Shown here: positions 54,724 to 64,000 of the stretch, piece after piece | Layout: each line of letters starts with the position of its first letter | How positions within the stretch are numbered: position 1 is the stretch's first letter | Assembly: GCF_018977255.1 (NCBI RefSeq) | Contig: NW_024704742.1 | Location: 14,820,001-14,884,000, forward strand | Origin: Callorhinchus milii | Taxonomy: Eukaryota | Direction: 5' to 3' | DNA length: 64,000 bases | Notes under the pieces: model-generated | The model's input: only the letters and a program-made list of their open reading frames with translations | Told to the model about the DNA's origin: nothing | Database searches by the model: none | Made by a program: the position numbers and the translations under genes

Positions 54724-56609
54724 GTATGTCATGGACACAGCTTCATGCTGAGCTCAGAACTACCCACTGTTCCTCTCTTAAACAATGCAGATGCTCTTGT
54801 TGCTAAGGCTCATTCAACTTGTTGGTGAGTCCAAAACTAGAGGGCATAAATATAGGATAATTATTAGTAGATCTAAGGGGTAGATCTAAAGAGGAACTTC
54901 TTCATGCAGAGGGTCATGACAATGGGAAACTGGTTGAAGCAATATATTTAAGAGAAAACTTGAGGTATACTTTAAGGGAGAATAGAGGAGAAAAAGAGGG
55001 ATGGAGACTTGTGTGGAGTATAAATACTGGCAACAGCGACAACAACAACCTGCATTTATATAGTGCCCTTCACGCAGGATAGAGTCTCAGAGCACTGAAC
55101 AGTGGGAGTTGAATAAAGTGCAAGGAGGAGGGAGAGGTGATCGTGGGTGGAGTTGAAGAGGTAGGTCTTAAAGGTGAGAGTTAAACATAGATGAAGAGTT
55201 GGTGAGGACTAATTAAGCCTAATGGCCTGTTTCCAACTGTATCGCTTTATGTAACGCTCTGCAACTAGTAGGACCACTCTTCCTGTTTGGACTTAATCTC
55301 CCGGGCTTGACAATATAATTGTAATTTGGAAAAAATACAATGAAATCTAATTTCTCTCATGTGATGTCAGTCAGAATAATTTTCTATATTTATTTTGCAA
55401 AGTGGAATTAGATGCATTTGGAGCATTGGGAAAACATCTTGGGTAGGTGAGATGAGATGCCCTGCACCCTTTCAAGGTTGATCAAATGAGTATCATGCGT
55501 ACAGATACCCTCTCTGTATGTGGGTATGCAGGGTCTGAGGTTGTGAGAAGACATGTCGAGTATAGTTAGGCAGCTTCACACCAATTCAACCTGCCTGGTT
55601 TATCAATAAGTATTGCAAGTGTGAATATTTGCTAAGGCCATACTCATAACAGCTAAGGTGATCCTATTTGAACACATACTGTGAAATGTGCCAGAACTTT
55701 GTATAGGTAAGCTGTACAGTTAAAGTAAACTCACAATCTTTAGTGCAGAACTGTCCTCAAGGGGTTAGCATTCAACAATACAACGCAGCCAGCCATCTGT
55801 TTATAGTCAACGGAAAATGGCACAGCCAGAAATAAACAAATTATTCCGACTTTAAATCGTCTTCAAAGAAAACTGAAGCTAGTCCAAGTCATTAAAAGAG
55901 ATGTATCTTTGATAAATTCACTTGTAAACTCCCTTTACAGTTCAGCAGCCTTTACAAAAATATATTTTTGGCAAACTGAATCATGGAAACATTTACCTCC
56001 TTAGCAACAGCTTATCTCCAATGGGCAAGTCTGTTAACAATGATGATTTCAAGAAACGGGCTTGTTTTATTGTATTGAAGCTCACTTAAATTGTTTGTCA
56101 GAACATTTCATCCTACAGTATTAACCAGAGGAAGGAAAAATATTGCTTAACTGTTTATTGATGCCAGTTACAATGGTGGTGGTAGGGGCGGGCGGGATAG
56201 GGGCAACAGATGGAGAAGCTTTTGTCAATTTACAGACAGTCTTAACATTTTTAACAACAGGTGAAGGAAAACTGACTTCAAAATTGAATATGAATTTAAG
56301 TAATTTCCCAAACTCTGCAAAATCTTAAATATGAGACAATGGTCTTCGAAAAGTGAGACTATGAGAAACTGATCTTGGATTTGTTGCTGAAAATTCCTTT
56401 GCAAAAATCTTTACTTTTGCTATTATGCATTTTACTATTAACATATGCCACTGAACATTGAAGTACATTGAGAAAGACAATGTGATGACAATGTACGAAA
56501 ATTGATGGCTAATAACGCCATCTTGCTATTACTGTATTCATTTTGCTGGCGCATGATCACAGCTGTAATCATGGTCACCGAATCATAGGATGTTACCTGT
56601 AAAATGGAA

Positions 56610-56922
56610 TATAATAATAATAATCCTTGCATTTGATATAGCGCTTTTCACGTCTTCTAGACGTCTCAAAGCGCTTCACAGAATATATTGTAAAGTGAAT
56701 TGACTCTATATTTGTGGGCGAAACGCAGCAGCCAATTGCGCACAGCAGTCTCCCACAAACAGTCGTGTATTGAGTGACCAAATTATTATTGTTGTTTTCT
56801 TGAGGAATTATTATGAGGCATGTGGAGTAAGGAAGCTTTCCCAAGGCTTTGCCCTGCTGGGAATTGAAGCCAGATCTCTCGCTTGCGAGGCGAGTGCTCC
56901 GACCACTGAACTACAGGACTCC
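56610..56922 (-). mobile_element. tRNA-derived SINE, short variant (PDE5A intron 2)
   Basis: Reverse complement of the 1591/41091 copies from head to (ATT)n tail. Confidence 0.9.
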
Positions 56923-57181
56923 ACAAAATAAATCAATATGTGTGTGTGTATGGGGGGGGTGGGGAGGTGTTGGGAGGGGGCAATCATTGCTAATGTATCT
57001 TCCACTGCTCCTCATTTCTCAAGTAGTGGACCACAACGACCTCGTAGTACATAGATAATCGACCCCAAATCCCAGCTGGGTGTATTTGCCTGTTTAATTT
57101 CAGTTCAGTTTTGCAGTATAAAGTATTAATTGTGTGGACTGTCGCTATTGTATTATAGATCTGTTGTGTGACCCTCCACAG

Positions 57182-57271
57182 GATCCCAGGTTCAATGCAG
57201 AAATCGACCACATCACCGGGTACAAGACACAGAGTATTCTGTCCATGCCAATAAAGAACCACGAAGATGAG
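57182..57271 (+). CDS. PDE5A: PDE5A coding exon 3 (GAF-A)
   Basis: ccacAG|GATCCC...; encodes [30 protein letters not shown]; donor GAG|GTGATT; 90 nt, phase 0-0. Confidence 0.97.
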
Positions 57272-58259
57272 GTGATTGTCCTTTTCTGTAACTCACGGCT
57301 GAAGTGTGCTGCCAGGATTTTACAATGTGTTGAAAATCTGCTTTCAAACTGTCTATAAAGTTGTGCTTTGTGAGTATCTCAAATTAGACAGCTTTCAGAA
57401 GTAACAATTAACACTTCTTAATCCTATTATGAATACCTGCAAATTGGACCCAATTGCCTTTTGTTATGTGTTTCGCCAACCCTCTAATTTTTCTGGTGTT
57501 TTCCTGTCAGCCTTTTGCCTGTCTGTCAATGTCCACTGCATTTCTGCAAAGCTCAGTGCAGTCCAAGCCATTATTTTACAAATGTCAAAATAGTGGAGCG
57601 GAGAGAATTCAAACATAAAATGCTGCGAATGGGCAGCCCTAACTGAGGTAGAGGCGCATCTTACATTGAATAGAGTTGCACCTTAGAGACCTACAACTCA
57701 CCGGGTCAAATGCTGTGCCGTGTTCTTTGGTCTTCAGCCTCTGGAACTCCATCCCACAGACCCTGCACCTCGCCCTCTCTCTTGCCTCCTTCAAGACCTG
57801 TCTCAAGACCTTCCTCTTCGTCCTTGTCTTCGGTCACCCTCCTACTCCTACCCTCCCCGTCCTTGACCCATCCTGATCCCAACCACCTAACCACCTAAAA
57901 ATGTGTGCGGATCCCTGACTGTCCAGCGCCTTGAGACGTCCTCCTGGTGTGAAAGGCGCTGTACAAATGTAATTTGTTGTTGTTGTCTCAGCCAGGGCTG
58001 CTTGGGAAGGTTCAGTCAACCCTGATCTTCCCTCAAGGAGAGGTTAAAATCAGATGGATTTAACGGTCCTGTTCCCTCCTTAGCACCATCTATTGGTAGT
58101 GCCCATGTGTGGCGACTGGGTCGGGAGAGGAAAGGCACGGTTGTGATACCCTTTACAGTCAAGTGGCTGCCGACACCCACTGCCAAAGCTCAACACATTA
58201 ACAACTGCTTCTTGGGCAAGGCACCCATAATCCGTGGAATCACAAGTGGGCATTAGTAG

Positions 58260-58633
58260 AGGCCTGTAGCTTAGTGGTTAGAGCACTCGCCTCACAAGCG
58301 AGAGGACCTGGGTTCGATTCCCAGCAGGGCAAAAGTTTGGGCAAGTTTCCTTACTCCACCTGCCACTGTTTACCTAGAAGTAAGTATGAACCCGGTTGTT
58401 AGTTGATTGGCGGATCACTTTTCCAGGGATAATAATTCCTCCAAAGAAAAAGGTGGTCATTCAATCCACGACTGTTTGTGGGACACTGCTGTGCGCAATT
58501 GGTTGCCGCATTTTGCCTACAAAATATGCAGTCAATTCACTTTACAGTATATTCTGTGAAGCACTTTGTGATGTCTCGAAGATGTAATAAGGTGCCATAT
58601 CACTAGGATTATTATACAAGGATTATTATTATT
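58260..58633 (+). mobile_element. tRNA-derived SINE, long variant
   Basis: CCTGTAGCTTAGTGGTTAGAGC...GGTTCGATTCCC; central segment present. Confidence 0.88.
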
Positions 58634-58802
58634 AGTAGTAGTTAGTAGTAGGCTGGGGACAGGAGCAGAGTCATATACCAATGGTGAAATAACCACATTT
58701 CAAATCGATCACTAGGCTTCTGCCAACAGCGTATAGTTATAATAATTCATTAACATATTAACATTGAACCATATTTATAAATGCAAATTGTTGTTGTTAG
58801 GC

Positions 58803-59108
58803 GGAGTCCTGTAGCTCAGTGATTAGAGCGCTCCCCTTGCAAGCGAGAGAGCTGGGTTCGATTCCTGGTAGGGCAAAAGTCTCCTTACTCCACACGCCTG
58901 ATAATAATCCCTCAAGAAAAAAAGGAATAATAATTTGGTCACTCAATCCATGACTGTTTGTGGGACACTGCTGTGCGCAATTGGCTGCCGCGTTTTGCCC
59001 ACAAATATACTGTCAATTCACTTTACAGTATATTCCGTGAAGCGCTTTGAGATGTCTAGAAGACATGAAAAATGCTATATCAAATGCAACGATTATTATT
59101 ATTTATTA
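58803..59108 (+). mobile_element. tRNA-derived SINE, short variant
   Basis: GGAGTCCTGTAGCTCAGTGATTAGAGCG...GGTTCGATTCC; L2-type tail. Confidence 0.88.
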
Positions 59109-60619
59109 TATTCTGTCTGTCTATTTGCACAGAATACATATATTCAAGTAGAATTTTAAATTTGCTTTTGTAAGGCTTTGGATATTCGAGAGGTTTTAGA
59201 TACATATCTCATATCTGATGAACGTCACGGCCAAAAATTTTAAAGTATCTTTCTCTTCTGCTATGCAGATAATGAGGAATTTCATCATTCCCTTTCCAAG
59301 AGATCCCAGAACTAAAACATTAGAAAAATAATTTAAAAATATAAATTGCAAATAAATAGTGGAGTATGGTTCAATTTTAGCAATAATAATCCTTTGATAT
59401 AACATCTTTCACATTGGGAGGACATCAGTAAAGTGGCATAACTGTATATTTTGTGGGAGAACTGACAATACCTAGTGGACTTTATGGTCCCCAGTGACAA
59501 GGCTTTCTGCCAACCTGCACTTGTGTTCTACAGAAATTGGTGTATTTAACCTTTCCCCTCCTCTCCAGGAGATAGGGAGCACATTCCAGAGCAGCAAACA
59601 GAAGCTCTGATTTTGTGCGTTCTCAGCAACTAGACACAGCAAGACATTTCTGCACATGTCAATTTCTGATCGATCAAAAACAAATCTCTGAAGAGCCAGT
59701 CACTTCCTCAAAGCATTTATATATGAAACAATCAAGGAAATGTCTGTTCACCATTACAACCAGAAACTCACACTGCATGGTCAATGATAAATAAACTGCT
59801 AAGACGCATCTATTAAGCAGAGTTGAAGGTCATGTAGTGAGTCTGAAATAAAAGCAATAACAAATTGCACTTAGATAGTGCCTTTCACATAGGAAAATGT
59901 CTCAAAACTTTATATGAGGATGGAGTCGAGTTGGGTTTAAGGAACATGACCAAAAAGATCATGGTCAAAAAGATCTGTTAAATGGGTTTTGAAACCACAG
60001 AGGGATGAAATGGCACAGAGGGCTTTTGGAGAAGTTCCAGAGGAAACACTGCACAATTGAAGGGAAATCAAGTAAATAAGACACAGAACTGGTTTAATGT
60101 AATATTAAACTTATTATAATTAGAAGGGGATTGCAAAACCTCCATTCAGTACAATCAAAGGGCCTGAAGATTTTATTTTACAGGGTTTGGTAATAATTGA
60201 TAACATATTAAAGGTAAACCTTATATATGCTTCTGTCTATTTGCACAGAATAAATCTATTCAGAAAATATAATTTTACATTTGTTTTCCTAAGGCATTGG
60301 ATATTCAAGAAGCTTTATCTCATTTCTGATGAACTGATAGCTTAAAAGGTTAAAATATCTTCCTCTTTCAGATGTTCATTGACCTTCTATGCATTTCTGA
60401 CATTTCTGCTGTTTTTAATAGATTTGGTTGAAGATTATAGTAAAGATGTGGCACAGAGGGAGAATTTAATGTACCGAACTGTATTTTCACAGAAGGGAAA
60501 TAGATTTCGCTGAAGGCCTTTGTTTGCCTTGAATATCATAAGCAACTTTCTCCCAGACAGCGATCTCTTGCATTTCTTCAATCCAGATCAAGAACCATAG
60601 TTCCATGATTGCTTCCAAT

Positions 60620-61056
60620 CTAATAATAAAAATAATCCTGCATCTTTCACATCAAGTGGGCATCTTAAAACCTTCATAGGACAGGATAGATTGCAAAGTG
60701 TATTTGTAGGCAAACATGGCAGCCCATATACACTCAACAATGTCCCACAAACAGCCATGAAGTGAATGACTTATTTTATTTGGGGCAGTTGTTAATCAGG
60801 ACACCGGGAGAAACTCCCTTCTCTTTTTGAATAGTGCCATGGGATCGTTAATGTCCCCCTGAACAGACAGACGGGACATCAGTTTCATATCTGATTTGAA
60901 GGACGGCACCTCTTGACAATGCAGCCCATTCTCAGCACTGCAGTGAAGTGTCAACATAGACTTTGTGAGTTTCTAAATCCCAACTTAGGGCTTGAACACA
61001 CAACTGTCTGAATCAGAGGTGAGAGGAAGTGCTACCAACTGTGCCAGGCTGACGTG
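60620..61056 (-). mobile_element. Deu-domain type tRNA SINE (near full length)
   Basis: Reverse strand: tRNA-like head, ...GACATTAACGATCCCATGGCACTATTCAAAAAGAGAAGGGAGTTTCTCCCGGTGTCCTG..., L2-type tail. Similar partial copies at ~45935-46180, 49150-49335, 50890-51215 and 63250-63430. Confidence 0.8.
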
Positions 61057-62173
61057 CTTGGTGAATAAGCACACTGGTTAAAGCTAGCAAGATCATCAAT
61101 GCTATATGACCTACCTAAGTTCAATATCCTCCTCAGAGTTGTCATTAACTCATTGTGATGTAGCCGCCAGTTTGTCACTCTTTGTCAGTTTGTGACTGGT
61201 CTGTGCTTCCAAGTGCTACTCATGAGCTTATCAGCTTTGCCCTTGTGTGGGGATGGGGTAAGGGGAACAGATGCTGCGTTCCATGTGAGAGATTAGGGAG
61301 GAGAGGGATGAGGGGGAGACCATGGGTTTTAGGTGGGGAAGGAAGGGTGAGTGCAGAGTGATGGGGTGGGAGAGACGGAGACAGCTGAATGACATAACTG
61401 ATAGTTGAGATCATGGGGTGGTTATTCTGGAAGGATGAGATCAATTCGGCCGAAGGTTCTTCTGCATTTCAAGCCTATTTTGTGATCTTGTGAATTGAAT
61501 TGAAATCTTATAAACCGTCATTTGAAACATTGTTTTTGCTTTGAAAATAGTGGCCCTGCTAAGCATAAATTACAAATGGCGCAGCCAAGCATTTTCAATT
61601 GGCTTTGAGTGCTATCACTGTTCAGAAGGTGGGAGCAGTATTTTCAAACACGTTTTGTTTGAAAAGGACAAAAGCACACCTCATTACAACTTAGTAATGT
61701 GGCATTTTTTTCTATTTGCTGCAGCAGTCTGTTTTGACGACCTTTTATCTATCTGTGTTGGTGCATCCGATTATTCTGCGAATTTGTATCCCTAGCATAT
61801 GCCGCTCTGTTCTTGATCTGCATTCCTCTTGCTGGGGTGTGCTTTTATGGATGCTGGTTGCCCTTCTGTACCCTGCCCAAGTGACTATTGTTCATGTGTG
61901 AACCCTGCCAGTGAGTGTCAGAAGGCCACTTGACTGTGGAGGGCATGACAGCTGAGCGGACACTGACCTCTGCCCACCCAGCTGCTGTACACACACTTCC
62001 CAATGATTCTTAAGTGATGCAGGTCAATTCTTCATTCAATGTAACTTTTGTACTTTTACGTTAATCTGTGGAGTTTGTTTAGAATCTCTCAGATCTGACG
62101 TGGATAAACTTCTTTTACGCTACACCCATCCACAGTTCGATTTTTTTTTATTGATGCAGTTCTGTCCTATCAG

Positions 62174-62245
62174 GTTGTTGGTGTTGCCCAAGCGATCAAC
62201 AAGAAGTGTGGGACAAGTGGAACATTCACTGAAAATGATGAAAAG
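62174..62245 (+). CDS. PDE5A: PDE5A coding exon 4 (GAF-A NKxnD/E motif)
   Basis: cctatcAG|GTTGTT...; encodes VVGVAQAINKKCGTSGTFTENDEK; donor AAG|GTGAAA; 72 nt. Confidence 0.96.
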
Positions 62246-63776
62246 GTGAAACGAGTGGAAGGTTTTAAAGATGATTATCATCCCTTTCTGTTCAGTGTGT
62301 TGTCAACTATGTTTATAATTAAAACAAAACTATGTTTGCGTGTTTCTACTTGTGAAGAAGTCATATATATCACCAAGGCCTCTTCAGTGTTCTCTGTGTA
62401 ACTGAGACTAAAACGTGTAAAAAAAACATTGTGTGTTGTGTGTGTGTATGTGGTGGAAATGTTCTCCGGTAGCAGCTATTACTGGGACATCTCCAGGGAT
62501 GGAATTTTCCCATGATATGATAATTACTACCGGTGGTCATAATGATTTCAGGAAGGCATATTTCACCCCATCATTTTAGACATGTAACTTCAGCCCTTTG
62601 AACTCAATGTGCTGTTGTTTTTATTTGCCAAAGTAGATTAATATTTAATTTGAATTAATTTTTTAAATACGTACTGTTCTTTGAGAAGCCCCCAGATAGC
62701 AGTCTAGTGTGCTGGTCTGATTTACCAGCTATCACATGTACTGCATGTACTATAATCAAGAGTTGATGTAAACCTGCTTCTAAAGGGATTATAAGCACGT
62801 ACAGGACTGCAAAAAAAACTATTTTTGGGCTGGTCTCAAAGGAAAAAAAACAGGTCTGTAATCATCTGTTTTTTTTTCCAACACATAAGTAAAAGAGAAC
62901 TACGCTGAACTTGCTGTTATAGCACCATTAGTTTTGATTTGGGTTCAGCAACAGGACTGATACCTGTGTTGGTTTCTGTAGGAAACAAAGGAGAGGCTAG
63001 TGTTGGGATCAGTACATTCCTTTGGTTTTCCCTCCCCAGTGTTCTTGTTTCCCTCCTGTCTTGACAGCATTACTTCATCCCGAGGTAAAGTTGCACAAGC
63101 AGCAATGAACCTGTCATTCATCCTTCATGTCTGAGCTTCGACATTGACTGCTGGGGACTGTTGATTTGAGGGTCATCACAGGCATTCAACAACTCAAGTA
63201 ACTAAATAGTAGCCCAGGCCACTTTTTCCCTTCTGTAAATATAATAATAGTATTCTTTGAATGTTGCTCAATGTCACAGGATTTACTGTAAAGTGTAGTG
63301 TCTCAGTATTTGTAGGCAAATGCAGTAGACAATTTGTACATAGTAATATCCTACATTATTTGGGGAACTATTATCCAAGACACTGGGATACACTGTACTC
63401 CCTTCTCTATTCCAATAGTGGCACAGATAGATATTTATCACAAATGAAACCTATTGTGTGGATTCTTCTTTTGCTAAGAATATCGAATGTTGCAACATTG
63501 ATCCCAATTCATTGAAGTTGCTACCAACTTCTTTGCAGATAACCTTTACACAGCAGAAAATAGATAATGCTATCATGGAGCTTCCGATCACTCAATATAC
63601 CTATTTTAGTGCATATCCTTATTTATTTGGACTTCTCACTTTTCTGAACACATTTAGTGGTTCAAGGTTCATGTTGTACAATAGGAAAAATGAGAAATTG
63701 CATTGATTCAGAATTTCTGAGTTTTGTGTGAAGTTGAGCGATGTCATCTGATATTAATTATGTAACTTTTTTTTAG

Positions 63777-63920
<144 letters not shown>

Positions 63921-64000
63921 TGAAGCATTTGTTTTTTTCAGCTTTACAATACAATACAAAATTGGATTTGTATAGCGCCTTTCATATTGGAGCTTTTGCT

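Noticed and set aside
54124..54828. 234-aa ORF as a standalone gene
   Set aside because: It is PDE5A exon 2 with intronic read-through at both ends; homology is bounded by the AG at 54139-54140 and the GT at 54724.

Overview
Repeat-rich vertebrate genomic DNA with no prokaryotic-type system (no CRISPR, operon, rRNA or true tRNA gene). The repeat content (Deu-type and tRNA-headed SINEs with L2-type tails, CR1 and L2 LINEs) suggests a cartilaginous fish, possibly a chimaera; this is an inference. The only host gene I can support is the 5' part of PDE5A (cGMP-specific phosphodiesterase 5A) on the + strand. Five GT-AG coding exons (29524-29642, 54141-54723, 57182-57271, 62174-62245, 63777-63866) splice in frame to 318 codons covering the N-terminus, the RKIS phosphosite and GAF-A; the gene continues beyond the window. 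Most notable observations: (1) a ~3.1 kb GCTGG/GCTGT/GCTAG pentamer array resembling an Ig switch region abuts PDE5A exon 1; (2) a candidate in-frame 63-nt extra PDE5A exon ending ...KT-R lies antisense within a decayed DIRS-like retrotransposon; (3) short locally templated insertions recur, including one with a perfect fold-back hairpin inside a SINE; (4) SINEs and an L2 share the same 3' tail, with nested insertions; (5) there is an unnamed ~350-bp dispersed repeat family. Family assignments come from motif recognition by eye, not database searches, and repeat boundaries are approximate.
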